Source: Roseiflexus sp. (GTDB lineage Bacteria; Chloroflexota; Chloroflexia; Chloroflexales; Roseiflexaceae). From it: DNA of 64,000 nt. Location of the stretch: contig JANXAL010000127.1 in assembly GCA_025062325.1 (NCBI GenBank), positions 4,358 through 68,357 of the forward strand. The letters run 5' to 3'. The notes beneath the pieces were generated by a model, which was not told the DNA's origin, did no database searches, and saw nothing but the letters and a program-made list of their open reading frames with translations. Within the stretch, counting starts at the first letter, position 1; each line of letters starts with the position of its first letter. The position numbers and the translations under genes are program-made. This document shows, in pieces, positions 1-12,025 of the stretch.

Positions 1-1
1 T

Positions 2-1012
2 GTGGCTGCGCTTCAAGCGACCGGTCTGCCGCTGCGATTCCAGGAAGCCAATGCGGGCTGGGAATGTTTCCAGCGCTGCGGTGAGGCGCTGCCGCCTGAA
101 ACGCTCGACGCTGCCCGCAGGGCCGATGCAGTGCTATTTGGCGCAGTTGCGTCGCCGAGCCATCCGGTCGCCGGGTACCGCAGCCCGATTGTGCGACTGC
201 GCCGCGAACTCGACCTGTACGCCAATATCCGTCCGGTCTTCGACGATCCGCCGTCGGGCGATCCCTGCGCGCGTCGCGTTGATCTAGTGGTGGTGCGCGA
301 GAACACCGAAGACCTGTACGCCGGGCGCGAACGGGTCGAAGACGGTGGCGCAACTGCGATCGCCGAGCGCGTCATCACCCGGCGCGCCAGCGAACGGATC
401 GCGCGGGTCGCATTTGAACTGGCGCGCGCCCGCCGCGCTGCCCGCGGCGCGAGTGACGCACCGCCAGCAAAAGTCACCCTTGTTCACAAGGCGAACGTGC
501 TGCGCGAAACATGCGGACTGTTCCGCGCCGTTGCGCTGGAAGTCGCGCAGGCGTATCCCGACGTGCAGGCGGACGAGATGCTCGTCGATACCTGCGCGCT
601 GCAACTGGCGACGCGCCCGGAACGCTTTGATGTCATTGTTACGACCAATCTGTTTGGTGATATCCTGTCGGATGTTGCATGCGCCTGGGGCGGCGGACTG
701 GGTCTGGCATCGTCGGCGAACCTGGGTGAACGGCACGCACTGTTCGAGCCGGTGCACGGCGCTGCGCCCGACATCGCTGGAAAGGGGATCGCCAATCCGC
801 TGGCCGCTATCGGGTGCGCTGCGCTGCTGCTCGACCACCTTGCCCGACGCGCACCGCCCGACATTGCGCCCGCCATCCACGCCTGGAGCGCACGTATTCA
901 GCGTGCTGTCCGCTATGCACGCACCGTCGGCCCGCACACGCCCGACCTCGGCGGCGACGCTGTCACATCCGAGGTTACCAACGCAGTTATTGCCCATATG
1001 CTCACAACCTGA
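2..1012 (+). CDS. Isocitrate/isopropylmalate/homoisocitrate dehydrogenase family protein, 5'-partial (starts upstream of window)
   Basis: Typical beta-decarboxylating dehydrogenase motifs in the translation ([14 protein letters not shown]...[24 protein letters not shown]). It lies immediately upstream of lysW-lysX-lysY, so homoisocitrate dehydrogenase is plausible. Confidence 0.8.
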   Translation: MAALQATGLPLRFQEANAGWECFQRCGEALPPETLDAARRADAVLFGAVASPSHPVAGYRSPIVRLRRELDLYANIRPVFDDPPSGDPCARRVDLVVVRENTEDLYAGRERVEDGGATAIAERVITRRASERIARVAFELARARRAARGASDAPPAKVTLVHKANVLRETCGLFRAVALEVAQAYPDVQADEMLVDTCALQLATRPERFDVIVTTNLFGDILSDVACAWGGGLGLASSANLGERHALFEPVHGAAPDIAGKGIANPLAAIGCAALLLDHLARRAPPDIAPAIHAWSARIQRAVRYARTVGPHTPDLGGDAVTSEVTNAVIAHMLTT

Positions 1013-1026
1013 GAAAGGAGACGCTC

Positions 1027-1194
1027 ATGCGCGCCATATGCCCGGAATGCGAGGCTGAGATCACCCTGCCCGAAGGCACTATTGAAGGCGAAATCCTCAC
1101 CTGCCCCGACTGCGCCGCCGAACTGGAAGTCGTCAGTATCAACCCGCCAGAACTGGCGCTGGCGCCGGAAGTTGAAGAAGATTGGGGAGAATGA
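1027..1194 (+). CDS. lysW: LysW amino-group carrier protein (55 aa zinc-ribbon with acidic C-terminal tail)
   Basis: [11 protein letters not shown]...[10 protein letters not shown]...EEDWGE: CxxC-x16-CxxC zinc ribbon and a C-terminal EDWGE tail typical of LysW. GGAG Shine-Dalgarno (SD) 8 nt upstream. Followed by lysX. Confidence 0.85.
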   Translation: MRAICPECEAEITLPEGTIEGEILTCPDCAAELEVVSINPPELALAPEVEEDWGE

Positions 1195-1197
1195 TCT

Positions 1198-2055
1198 ATG
1201 CGAGTCGGTGTCCTCTGCTCCCGCATCCGCGTCGAGGAAAAACTGCTCTTCGCCGAACTGGAACGACGCGGCGTCGCCTATGAACGCATTGACGACAACG
1301 ACGTCATCTTCGACCTTAACGCAGGTCGCTACGAGTACGATGTCGTGCTCGAACGCAGTATTCACCACTCGCGCGCCTTGTACGCGCTCAAAGCGTACAA
1401 CGACGCGGGCGTGCCGACGGTCAACACCGCTTACGTCGCCGACATCTGCGGCGACAAGTTCAAGACCACTCAGGCGCTTATCCGCGCTGGCGTGCCAACG
1501 CCGCGCACCCGTATGGCATTCACTCCCGAATCGGCGCTGCGCGCCATTGAGGACCTGGGGTACCCGGTGGTGCTCAAGCCAGCTATCGGCTCGTGGGGCC
1601 GCCTGATCGCCAAGGTCAACGACCGCGAGGCAGCAGAGGCGCTGCTTGAGCACAAGCAGATTCTGGGATCGTACCATCACTCGATCTTCTACATTCAGGA
1701 ATACATCCCCAAACCCCACCGCCGCGACATTCGCGCGTTCGTCGTCGGCGATGAGTGCATCTGTGCGATCTACCGCACCAGCGACCACTGGATCACCAAC
1801 ACTGCTCGCGGCGGGCAGGCGAGCGCCTGTCCAGTGACGCCAGCGCTGGCGGATCTGTGCGTCAGCGCGGCATACGCGGTTGGCGGCGGCGTGGTTGCCA
1901 TCGACGTGCTGGAAGCGCCCGATGGCCGGCTGCTGGTGAATGAGGTGAACTACACGATGGAGTTCCGCAACAGCATCGCGCCGACCGGTGTGGACATTCC
2001 GGCGCGCATCATCGACTATACGCTGGAGGTTGCGCGAAAGGGGAGCGTCTCATGA
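1198..2055 (+). CDS. lysX: LysX, RimK-type ATP-grasp ligase (alpha-aminoadipate--LysW ligase)
   Basis: ATP-grasp/RimK-like sequence ([17 protein letters not shown]...[11 protein letters not shown]...). Conserved position after lysW. 4-nt overlap with the next gene. Confidence 0.85.
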   Translation: MRVGVLCSRIRVEEKLLFAELERRGVAYERIDDNDVIFDLNAGRYEYDVVLERSIHHSRALYALKAYNDAGVPTVNTAYVADICGDKFKTTQALIRAGVPTPRTRMAFTPESALRAIEDLGYPVVLKPAIGSWGRLIAKVNDREAAEALLEHKQILGSYHHSIFYIQEYIPKPHRRDIRAFVVGDECICAIYRTSDHWITNTARGGQASACPVTPALADLCVSAAYAVGGGVVAIDVLEAPDGRLLVNEVNYTMEFRNSIAPTGVDIPARIIDYTLEVARKGSVS

Positions 2056-3098
2056 GTGTGTGCGTCTCGATTGTTGGCGGCAGCGGGTACGTCGGCGGCG
2101 AACTGTTGCGCCTGCTCCTGTTCCACCCGCAGGTTACCGTTGCACAGGCGACCTCTGAGCGACTGGCGGGCAAGCCGATCACATCGGCGCATCCAAACCT
2201 GCGCGGTGTCCCCGCAGCGCGCGAGCTTCAGTTCACGTCGCAGGATCGGTTGGCGCCGTGCGATCTGCTGATCCTGGCGCTGCCGCACGGCGACGCTGCG
2301 CGCGCTATCGACCGCTTCGCCGGGCTGGCGCCGAAGATTATCGACTGTTCCGCCGATTTCCGCCTGCGCGACCCGGCGATGTATGCCCGCTGGTACGGCG
2401 AGAACCACCCCGCACCCCACTGGCTCGAACGCTTCGTCTACGGATTGCCTGAACTCCACCGTGACGCCATCCGCAGCGCCAGGTACGTCAGCGGCGTCGG
2501 GTGCAACGCAACTGCCGCCATTCTTGCGCTGTTGCCGCTGGCGCGCGCTGGACTGATCGACCCAGGGCGCGATGTGATTGTCGAGGTGAAGGTCGGCTCC
2601 TCCGAGGGCGGTGCGCAACCGAGTGAGTCGTCACACCACCCGGAGCGCAGCGGCGCAGTGCGCTCATTCGCGCCTGTCGGTCATCGTCATACTGCAGAGG
2701 TGATTCAGGAACTCGGCGTGGATCGTGTGCACCTGTCGATCACCAGCGTCGAACTGGTGCGCGGTGCACTCGCTACCGCCCATGCGTTCGCCAGCGGACC
2801 GGTGAGCGACAAGGACCTGTGGCGCGCGTTTCGCGCCGTGTACAGCAACGAACCATTCGTGCGCATCGTACGCGAAAAACAGGGCGTTTACCGCTTGCCG
2901 GAGCCGAAGATCCTGGCAGGCAGCAACTACGCCGATGTCGGTTTCGCCGTTGATGAGGAAACCGGGCGGATCGTCACGATCTGCGCCATCGACAATTTGA
3001 TGAAGGGCGCCGCCGGATCGGCGGTCCAGTGCCTGAACCTGATGTGCGGCTTCGATGAACGGATGGGGCTGGAGTTTCCGGGATTACACCCAATCTAG
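2052..3098 (+). CDS. lysY: LysY/ArgC-type N-acyl-gamma-glutamyl(aminoadipyl)-phosphate reductase
   Basis: N-terminal Rossmann motif [14 protein letters not shown], catalytic Cys context [18 protein letters not shown] overlap with the lysX stop. Confidence 0.85.
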   Translation: MSVCVSIVGGSGYVGGELLRLLLFHPQVTVAQATSERLAGKPITSAHPNLRGVPAARELQFTSQDRLAPCDLLILALPHGDAARAIDRFAGLAPKIIDCSADFRLRDPAMYARWYGENHPAPHWLERFVYGLPELHRDAIRSARYVSGVGCNATAAILALLPLARAGLIDPGRDVIVEVKVGSSEGGAQPSESSHHPERSGAVRSFAPVGHRHTAEVIQELGVDRVHLSITSVELVRGALATAHAFASGPVSDKDLWRAFRAVYSNEPFVRIVREKQGVYRLPEPKILAGSNYADVGFAVDEETGRIVTICAIDNLMKGAAGSAVQCLNLMCGFDERMGLEFPGLHPI

Positions 3099-3113
3099 CA
3101 GAACCAAGGCGCT

Positions 3114-4697
3114 ATGAGAACTGCTCTCGTATGCACAACTCCATTTCAATCTGTGAATACTCATGTTCCATCAATTGGCTGGTGCACGGACATGTCACCA
3201 ATACCAGATTTCTTGCGCAACGAAAACCCGGCGCAACCGCGCTACCACGAAGCGCTGGAACTGTTCGCGCTATTCGATTATCTGAAAGCTGTGCGCTGGG
3301 GAGTTTTCAGCATCCGCGAGTCGCTCCAGGCAGTCGGCGAGTGCCGCGACGGGACGCTCCAGGGATTTCATCTGACCGTCGATGAGGCGTGGGAGGCAGT
3401 GCGCGGCATGGACTCGCTCGGCGTCGGGGTGATTGAACTCCCCGCATTCCCCGCCAACCCGCCGGGTCAGGCGTTCAACCGCCGCCTGCTGGAACGCGCC
3501 GCCGCTCACGGACTGACGACGACCTTCGCTGCGCACGCGCGCTGCGTCGCTACTGATATTCGCACTGCCGCCGAAACCGGGTTCCGCCGCCTGCACCTCT
3601 ATATCGGCGTCAGCCCGATCAAACAGGCAACGGTGCGCGCCAATGCAACTCAGCTTGCCGATAAAGCCTTCGATGCCATTTACCTGGCGCGCAATCTTGG
3701 CTTCGAGTGCGTCCGCATCAGCACCGAAGACGCCTACCGCACTCCGCTCGACGATTACCGCGCGTTCTACGAGCGCCTGCAGGATCGCCTGACGAGCCAC
3801 GGGCTGCATGTCGATGGCATTGGCATCCCCGATACGGTCGGCGTCGGTACGATTGACGACCTCGGTGATCGCATTGCCGTGCTGCAGCAGATCGGCATCC
3901 GCTTCGCTTTTCTCGAATGTCACATCCACAACGATATCGGTCACTCCGACCGCCTGTACGTCGATACGCTGCTGCTGTGCATGCGGCTGGGAATCATGAT
4001 GCTGCCCGACTTTTCGATCCTGGGGATTGGCGAGCGCAACGGCACGATTGGCCTCAGTTCGCTGATCGAGGCGATCTACCGGCGGTTGCTCCTCCTCTAC
4101 CCGCGTTCTATGCCCGCCATCCGTCAGGCGGTGCGTGAGAAACTTGGCGTGCTGCCCGACGGTGAATTGTTCGTCAACCGCTACCGCGATCTCGATGCCT
4201 TCTTCTACCGTATTCTGGCGCGCAGCGGCTTCGTTTTCGACCGCAGCCCGTTTTCGTCGAATACCGAGTACGACGGTTCCGGCGTTCACGCCGACACCAC
4301 CATGCGCGCCTTCCGCCTGGCGCTGGAGAAAGGGTATGAGGGGCAGCAGGCGATTGACCTTGGCAACAGCGCCTACGCCGGAGCGCTGCCACCCTACGAC
4401 ATGCCGCTGCGCACGCCAGTGTTGGCATGCTTCGGCTGCGGCAAGAGCAACGTGCGTTTCTGGCGCGAACGGGAGCGCCTGGTTCTGCGCTCTCCAGAAG
4501 ATATTCGCGCTCGAATTGCTCCCTATGCTGATGATCTGGCCGAAGAGTATCAGCACATTCCGACTGACGAAACAACCGCCGACGAACTTGCCGCACGCCT
4601 GATCCGCTGCGCTAGCGTGCGCGAAGGCGGGATCAACCATCACCAGGCGATGGAGATTGTCCGGCTCTTCTACCGACCTAGGGAGGCTGCCGAATGA
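3114..4697 (+). CDS. DRE-TIM metallolyase (LeuA/homocitrate synthase/HMGL-like) protein, atypical, with ~200-aa C-terminal extension
   Basis: HxH metal-binding motif in family-typical context (ECHIHNDIGHSD), TIM-barrel-like core. N-terminal substrate motif is degenerate (ECRDGTLQG instead of LRDGEQ). Alternative start ATG at 3192. Embedded between lysY and lysZ with 4-nt overlap to lysZ. Confidence 0.6.
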   Translation: MRTALVCTTPFQSVNTHVPSIGWCTDMSPIPDFLRNENPAQPRYHEALELFALFDYLKAVRWGVFSIRESLQAVGECRDGTLQGFHLTVDEAWEAVRGMDSLGVGVIELPAFPANPPGQAFNRRLLERAAAHGLTTTFAAHARCVATDIRTAAETGFRRLHLYIGVSPIKQATVRANATQLADKAFDAIYLARNLGFECVRISTEDAYRTPLDDYRAFYERLQDRLTSHGLHVDGIGIPDTVGVGTIDDLGDRIAVLQQIGIRFAFLECHIHNDIGHSDRLYVDTLLLCMRLGIMMLPDFSILGIGERNGTIGLSSLIEAIYRRLLLLYPRSMPAIRQAVREKLGVLPDGELFVNRYRDLDAFFYRILARSGFVFDRSPFSSNTEYDGSGVHADTTMRAFRLALEKGYEGQQAIDLGNSAYAGALPPYDMPLRTPVLACFGCGKSNVRFWRERERLVLRSPEDIRARIAPYADDLAEEYQHIPTDETTADELAARLIRCASVREGGINHHQAMEIVRLFYRPREAAE

Positions 4698-5497
4698 TCG
4701 TGGTCAAAGTTGGCGGCGGCGCTGGCATCGCCTACGATGCGCTCTGCGCCGATCTCGCAACCCTCACGCGCGCCGGTCAGCGGCTCGTGCTGGTGCATGG
4801 CGGCTCGCACGAGACCAATACCCTTGCCGAACGACTGGGACATCCGCCGCGCTTCGTCACCTCGCCATCCGGTTACACCAGTCGCTATACCGACCGTGTG
4901 ACGCTGGAACTCTTTCTGATGGCGACTGCTGGCAAGGTTAATAAATTGATTGTCGAACGCCTGCAGCAACTGGGCGTGAACGCCGTTGGTCTCGCCGGTC
5001 TCGACGGGCGCCTGCTGGAAGGACAACGCAAAGCTGTCATCCGTATCGTCGAAGACGGCAAGCAGAAAGTGCTGCGCGACGACTGGACCGGAACCGTAGA
5101 GAAGGTCAACACCAACCTGCTCAACCTGCTGTTGAACGGCGGGTTTCTGCCGGTGATCGCTCCGATTGCCGCCAGCTACGCTGGCGAGGCGCTCAACGTC
5201 GACGGCGACCGCGCGGCTGCGGCGATTGCTGCGGCGATTGGCGCTGACACATTGATCTTGCTGACCAATGTTCCGGGCTTGCTACGCGCCTTCCCCGACG
5301 AACACACCCTCGTCCGGCACATTCCACGCACCGACATTGAGGAGTACCTGCCGCTAGCGCAGGGGCGCATGAAAAAGAAGATCCTTGGCGCGTCCGAGGC
5401 GCTCGCGCAGGGCGTGAGACGGGTTATTCTCGGTGATGCGCGCGTTGCCGAACCGGTTTCGCGCGCCCTTGCAGGCGAAGGCACCGTCATCGTATGA
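4694..5497 (+). CDS. lysZ: LysZ/ArgB-type amino acid kinase ([LysW]-aminoadipate/acetylglutamate kinase)
   Basis: MIVVKVGGGAG...LVLVHGGS amino-acid-kinase fold motifs. ATGA overlap with the upstream gene. Confidence 0.8.
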   Translation: MIVVKVGGGAGIAYDALCADLATLTRAGQRLVLVHGGSHETNTLAERLGHPPRFVTSPSGYTSRYTDRVTLELFLMATAGKVNKLIVERLQQLGVNAVGLAGLDGRLLEGQRKAVIRIVEDGKQKVLRDDWTGTVEKVNTNLLNLLLNGGFLPVIAPIAASYAGEALNVDGDRAAAAIAAAIGADTLILLTNVPGLLRAFPDEHTLVRHIPRTDIEEYLPLAQGRMKKKILGASEALAQGVRRVILGDARVAEPVSRALAGEGTVIV

Positions 5498-6771
5498 CCC
5501 GCTGGCAACGCGCCCTCTTCATCCTGGTCGCCGCTCAACTGGTGTCGGCTATCGGGTTCGGCATGTTCTTCCCATTCCTGCCGCTCTATGTCGAGCGACT
5601 TGGGACGAACACCGGGCTGAGCCTCGAGTTCTGGGCAGGCATGGTCTTTTCCGGGCAGGCGCTCGCTATGGCGGTCACGTCGCCGATCTGGGGATCGCTA
5701 GCGGATCGGTACGGGCGCAAGGCGATGATCGAGCGCGCGATGTATGGCGGTGCAGCAATCACCCTGGTAATGGGGTTTGCTCGATCAGCGGAGGAACTAG
5801 CGCTGCTGCGCACAATTCAGGGCGCTATTACCGGGACAATCGCTGCGATCAATGCGCTTGCCGCTTCGCTTGTGCCGCGCGAACGCACCGGGTACGCGAT
5901 GGGGATGCTGCAAATGGGGCTATGGGCTGGGATCGCCGCCGGACCATTGCTCGGCGGGATCGTTGCCGATGTCTTTGGCTTCCGCGCCGCGTTTATTGTG
6001 ACATCGATCCTGCTGCTCATATCGGGCATTGTCGTGACGATTGGCGTCCAGGAACGCTTCACGCCGCCACCGAAAGGGGCGAAGCGATCCGGCCTCCTCA
6101 GCGACTGGCGGCGCATTCTGACATTGCCCGGCGTTGCTGCCGCTTACACGACGCGCTTCCTCAACTGGCTGGGACCAACTATGCTGCTGCCGATGCTGCC
6201 GCTCTATGTCGCATCACTCGCGCGCAGCGGCGAAGGGGTCAGCACTCTGACCGGCCTGATCGTGGGGCTCTCGTCGGCTGCGGGCACGGTCGGCGCCCTC
6301 TCCCTGGGGCGATTGGGCGACCGCATCGGGCATCGACGAGTGCTGCTGGCGGGAACGCTGGCGGCGGCGCTCGGCTTTCTTCCGCAGGCGTTTGTTACTG
6401 CCGGATGGCAACTGCTCATTCTTCAGGCGTTGACCGGCGCAGCGACCGGCGGGATGAACCCGGCGCTCAGCGCCCTGCTGGCGCGCTATACCCGCGCAGG
6501 AGATGAAGGAGCAGTGTTCGGCATCGACAACTCAGTGAACTCCGCTGCGCGCGCCGCCGCGCCCCTGCTTGGCGCGGTAGTCGCTGCGTGGTTCGGATTG
6601 CCCGCTATTTTCATCGCAACCGCACTGGTGCTGCTGGGCGCGGCGGCGCTGGTGGTCCGCTTCCTGCCAGAGCAGACGGTCGCGCCGCCGATGAGAGGGA
6701 TGATCGCCGCCGACAGATGCGCTGCGCAGGCTGATAACTCACCGTCAGGCCGCGCTTCCGGCCAGCAGTAA
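5494..6771 (+). CDS. MFS transporter
   Basis: 12 predicted TM helices, MFS signature regions (GSLADRYGRK, D-R-x-G-R motif). ATGA-coupled to the lysZ stop. Confidence 0.8.
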   Translation: MTRWQRALFILVAAQLVSAIGFGMFFPFLPLYVERLGTNTGLSLEFWAGMVFSGQALAMAVTSPIWGSLADRYGRKAMIERAMYGGAAITLVMGFARSAEELALLRTIQGAITGTIAAINALAASLVPRERTGYAMGMLQMGLWAGIAAGPLLGGIVADVFGFRAAFIVTSILLLISGIVVTIGVQERFTPPPKGAKRSGLLSDWRRILTLPGVAAAYTTRFLNWLGPTMLLPMLPLYVASLARSGEGVSTLTGLIVGLSSAAGTVGALSLGRLGDRIGHRRVLLAGTLAAALGFLPQAFVTAGWQLLILQALTGAATGGMNPALSALLARYTRAGDEGAVFGIDNSVNSAARAAAPLLGAVVAAWFGLPAIFIATALVLLGAAALVVRFLPEQTVAPPMRGMIAADRCAAQADNSPSGRASGQQ

Positions 6772-7466
6772 TGTCACAAAAAGCGCAATGGCGATCACGC
6801 CGCACACAAACAACGCGCCGAGTATCGTCGGGCGCCCCGGCGACGACGCATGACGGTCGAGTGGCATCATGCGCGCTTGATCCGTACTTTCTTGCGAGCC
6901 GTGCTGGCTTCCAGGGTCGGGCGCCGCATCCAGCCTACTGGTTGAAGCGCACCGATATGGTTCTGTGCCCACCGCTTCATGTCCGGTTTTCTCTCCTGAC
7001 GCCGCCGCTTCAAGGCGCCGGTCATCCGTATCTGATGGCGCCGGATCATCGAGCACCACGGGCTGCAGTACGAACCGTGGTTGCGATGGTCGACTTGAGG
7101 ATCGCCGGGTTGTATGTCGAAACGTATTCCGTGGTTGATCGACGTCCTGGTCGAGACTCTGTGGATTGGTCGTTTTCATGGTCGTTCGAGTCCGTTGCAC
7201 TGATCATCTCACCTCATCAGTCTGACTCCCCTGTAATGGTATCTTGCTGGACTTACCAGCCTATTACCGCTCCTGAAGGCAGATGTGACGCAGCTGGCGA
7301 GAAGCGCAAGGCAAAAGGCGAGAAGCAACCTAACAAGACTGTCGCCGCTTTGAAGGAGATTATGAAGTTTGTGTCAGATGCGCATCATCGGCGCATGGCC
7401 AATCGCCGTGGTACAATCCTCATGCGTGGTTCCGGTTCTCAGTTCTTGGCTTTCAAAGGCAGCCAC

Positions 7467-8957
7467 ATGCGCCAGATACGCCGCTTCTTGACGTCTATAC
7501 TGCTTCTCGCGCTGTTCCTGACATCGTGCGGCGGCGCGCCATCTCCTGCGGCGAGCTTCCCATCGCCGACCACCGCTCTATCTGAACCGCCAACAGCAGC
7601 GCCGCCGACGCCCATTCCGTCGCCAACGCAGGAGACGCCGCCAGCAACGAACCCGCCAGCGCCGACGCCCGCGCCGCCTGCCACGATCTCGCCCGAACCC
7701 ACACCTGCACCGCCTGCGACGAGCCCGCCGGAACCAACGCCCATACCTTCCCTCCCGCCCACGGTTGCGCCTCCGCCGCCGACAGCCACTACCGCACCTG
7801 TCGTTCCCACACCGGTTCCGCCTGTAGCGTCGTTCGCTGGTGCGCTCTTCTTCCTGCGCGGTGGCGCACTCTGGCGTCTCGACGCCGGTGGTGAACGTCT
7901 CATCGTGGATCAGGTGCGCGAATTCGCACCTTTCACAAGAGGAGAGGTTCTTGCCGTAGTTCGTGAAACGGGGCGGCGGTTCGACGTGTGGACGGTGCGA
8001 CGTGATGGGAGCGATCTGCGGCGTATCACCGATGATCGCGCGGTCGAAGCGTCGCTCTCGTGGTCTCCTGATGGGGCTGCGCTGATCTTTGCCGCTGCCG
8101 ATGCCAGCGAGCCTCCGCCGCAGACGTGGCCCGCATGGGCCGTATGGTGCAGTGCCAGCCAGATCCTTGTTCTCGACCTTGCGACTGGGCAGCGCCAGAC
8201 GCTCGCAAACGGCTGCGACCCCGCGCTGTCGCCCGATGGTCGCCGCATCGCCTATAGCGCGCCGCCGACGCAACGCGATCCGGCACTCGCCGGTAGTGCG
8301 CCAGTTGCCGGGAATGCTATCCGCCTGATCAACCGGCGCGGTGAGAATGCCTGGAACTTCGCCCGCGCTGATGGTCCCGACGCGCCCACGCCCAATACCG
8401 GCATGCTGGTCTATGCTCCCGCCTGGTCGCCTGATGGCGCATTAGTCGCATACCACCGCTACCTCGGCATGCAGGTCGAAGTCGACATCAATCTGAGCGA
8501 GATGGGGGGATCGTTCGAGGGGAAGGGACGCCCCTTCGCCGAAGGCGCCGGATGGCTGCTGCCCGCCCGTTTCGCGCCGGATGGACGCCGAGTGGCGGTT
8601 ATTGAGCACAACTACAGCGATGCGCGCGGCTTTGGCGGCTATGATAACTGGTCGGTGCGGGTCGTTGCGCTCGATGGCGTGCGCACTGTCGACCTGCCGC
8701 AGGGACCGATGACGATGCTTGGCGGCGATGCAACGCGCCTGCCGCGCGCCGCCAGCGCCGCCTGGTCGCCGGACGGAACGCGCCTGGCGGTGCTTCTCCC
8801 GTCCGGTTGGCGCCCCGACGCGCCGCTGAATGAGCCGTTCGACCCAACAGGCGCCGAGTCTCCCGGCGAGGTCTGGCTGTGGCAACCGGGCGCGGCGCCG
8901 TCGATCCGCCTGATTAGCAACGTCGATTTCGCCTCGCCGCTCGCCTGGCTGCCCTGA
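7467..8957 (+). CDS. Lipoprotein with Pro/Thr-rich linker and TolB/PD40-like beta-propeller (WSPDG repeats)
   Basis: Signal peptide plus lipobox (LFLTSCGG), then ~90 aa of PT-rich low-complexity sequence (PTPAPPATSPPEPTP...), then repeated WSPDG / SPDG(R/T) propeller motifs. The track ORF extends to 6771 but the upstream part is Arg-rich and non-protein-like; ATG 7467 chosen. Confidence 0.65.
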   Translation: MRQIRRFLTSILLLALFLTSCGGAPSPAASFPSPTTALSEPPTAAPPTPIPSPTQETPPATNPPAPTPAPPATISPEPTPAPPATSPPEPTPIPSLPPTVAPPPPTATTAPVVPTPVPPVASFAGALFFLRGGALWRLDAGGERLIVDQVREFAPFTRGEVLAVVRETGRRFDVWTVRRDGSDLRRITDDRAVEASLSWSPDGAALIFAAADASEPPPQTWPAWAVWCSASQILVLDLATGQRQTLANGCDPALSPDGRRIAYSAPPTQRDPALAGSAPVAGNAIRLINRRGENAWNFARADGPDAPTPNTGMLVYAPAWSPDGALVAYHRYLGMQVEVDINLSEMGGSFEGKGRPFAEGAGWLLPARFAPDGRRVAVIEHNYSDARGFGGYDNWSVRVVALDGVRTVDLPQGPMTMLGGDATRLPRAASAAWSPDGTRLAVLLPSGWRPDAPLNEPFDPTGAESPGEVWLWQPGAAPSIRLISNVDFASPLAWLP

Positions 8958-8964
8958 CAGACGC

Positions 8965-9444
8965 CTACTTCCCAATGGCCCGCAACACCTTCGGCGGCAA
9001 TACCCAGAGCAACGAACCAGCGCCAGGTTCAAGCGATGACAGGTCGATCAGCGCCAGCCCGCCTTTCTTCATTACTACCCGGCTGCCTCCCGTCAGATCG
9101 GCGATCATGGTGCTGAGATCCGGCTCGTGCCCGACGACCATGACACTTTTGGCACTCGGCATATCCGCCAGCAGATCAAGCAACGTCGCCGCATTGCACC
9201 CCGGCGCTAGCGCGCCTACTGTCTCAGGGGCGATGTTCAGCGCAGCGCCGACGATCTCGGCGGTTTCACGGGCGCGGGTCAGCGGACTGGTCAGCAACCG
9301 ATCAAGCGCCACCCCGAGTCGCCGCAGTCCACGGGCGCCAATGCGCATCTTCTCGGCGCCTTCGGGTGTGAGCATGCGCGCCGAGTCGCTGCCATCGTTC
9401 GAGCGCTCTTCCGCAATTGCGTGGCGAAGCAGGTAGAGTTCCAT
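8965..9444 (-). CDS. sixA: Histidine phosphatase family protein (SixA-like phosphohistidine phosphatase)
   Basis: N-terminal LYLLRHA (RHG motif), ~159 aa, ...VGHEPDLS... motif typical of SixA. Confidence 0.75.
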   Translation of the reverse strand: MELYLLRHAIAEERSNDGSDSARMLTPEGAEKMRIGARGLRRLGVALDRLLTSPLTRARETAEIVGAALNIAPETVGALAPGCNAATLLDLLADMPSAKSVMVVGHEPDLSTMIADLTGGSRVVMKKGGLALIDLSSLEPGAGSLLWVLPPKVLRAIGK

Positions 9445-9460
9445 CGCGTCACCCCTGTGT

Positions 9461-9471
9461 GATGGTATAAT
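9461..9471 (+). promoter_or_regulatory. Candidate extended -10 promoter element (TGgTATAAT) upstream of guaA
   Basis: gtgatggTATAATt at 9463-9471, ~130 nt upstream of the guaA ATG in the sixA/guaA divergent region. No clear -35. Confidence 0.3.
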
Positions 9472-9603
9472 TGAAACCAGAGCGCGTGCACGAATTAACA
9501 GATGGTTATACGAAATTCTTGCGCCTTCGCGTCTTTTATGTGCGCTTATTGACGGGGCATTCCCTCTAGCCTCAAACCTCTAGCCTCTCACCTGAATTAT
9601 TCT

Positions 9604-11142
<1,539 letters not shown>

Positions 11143-11334
11143 CCGTCGGTTATCGTTCCTCTACATCGGCGATGTCGTGCTGCCCGTAGCGCAACCGCTG
11201 ATCGACTGCCTGCACGAACAGGCGCGGCGGAACCGACGACAGGCGGGTTGACACTGAATAGGGAATGTCACTGGCGGGAGGAAAGTTGAACGTTGCACAT
11301 TGTAAACACACTGGTCCACGGCGGCTCCGATCCG

Positions 11335-11900
11335 GGCAGGCATAGGGGCCTGCCCCTACTCTGGTGGAGGCACTGAACGATGACGTTGGATAGTAGCACG
11401 TGTACCCGGCCTGCCCCTACTCTGGTGGAGGCACTTGTGGGCATCCCCCGTGGGCGCCCGCGACGGGTCAGTATGGGGGGTCTGCCCCTACGAATGCGGG
11501 TGCGGTCGTCGTAGGGGCGCCCCCTCGTGAGCGTCCGTGACGGGCCGGCACGGAGCCTGAACCTCTCACGAGCGTAGATTTTTCGCAAACCCTTACGTTG
11601 CGTCGCCTGTTTCGGGCAACAGGACGCCTCAATTCCCCTTTCTCCCCTTGTGGGAGAAGGGGGCCGGAGGGATGAGGGGAAAAAGGGCGTCAAGATGCGG
11701 CAAACCCGCTTCGCACCCTAAAAGCCTACACTTGAGAGGGCCTGCCCCTACCCCGCAGGGGCATTTGTGGAGGCGCCCCCATGGGCGCGCCGATCCGGGT
11801 GCGGTCGTCGCAGGGGCGATCCTCTGTGGACGCTCGTTACAGGCAGGCATAAGGGCCTGCCCCTACGGTCGCTATTCCGAGTGCGGGCGGGCGCCGAGAC
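11335..11900. repeat. Cluster of dispersed GC-rich palindromic elements (>=4 copies of GGCCTGCCCCTAC-type element plus one degenerate copy of the CCCCTTCTCC-N7-GGAGAAGGGG hairpin unit)
   Basis: Repeated gg(c/t)ctgcccctac at ~11348, 11418, 11480, 11742 and 11858, with associated inverted repeats (gcccctacg...cgtaggggc). A hairpin unit ctccccttgtgggagaagggg plus a gggcgtcaagatgcggcaaac module at 11636-11700 matches the clusters at 41.5, 48.4 and 49.3 kb. No protein-like ORF. Confidence 0.7.
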
Positions 11901-12025
11901 ACAAAGATGCCGAGACACAAAGATTAGGACGTATGAAGGTAAAGCAGAGAAGGCAAGAAGGGGAAGGCAGCAGCCCACGCAAGCGATCCAACCTTCCTTA
12001 TCACCCTTAACCCCTAACTGGTTCT

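Noticed and set aside
284-997. 237-aa minus-strand ORF, and 345-1058 plus-strand alternative frame
   Set aside because: Overlap the dehydrogenase gene, which has clear family motifs. Composition Arg/Ala/Gly-biased, consistent with GC-rich out-of-frame translation.
3270-4643. 457-aa minus-strand ORF
   Set aside because: Antisense to the DRE-TIM gene whose plus-strand product has clear HxH family motifs. Shadow ORF.
6745-6870. Possible 41-aa single-TM micro-protein (MMPLDRHASSPGRPTILGALFVCGVIAIALFVTLLLAGSAA)
   Set aside because: Overlaps the 3' end of the MFS gene on the opposite strand, has no SD, and would be very short. Hydrophobicity mirrors the MFS TM segment on the other strand.
7165-7200. 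tRNA-like T-loop motif GGTCGTTCGAGTCC
   Set aside because: The flanking sequence cannot form T-stem, acceptor or anticodon arms. No tRNA cloverleaf could be built.
11335-11900. Possible CRISPR array
   Set aside because: Repeats are irregularly spaced, vary in sequence and orientation, and are palindromic REP/MITE-like units. No uniform repeat-spacer periodicity and no cas genes.
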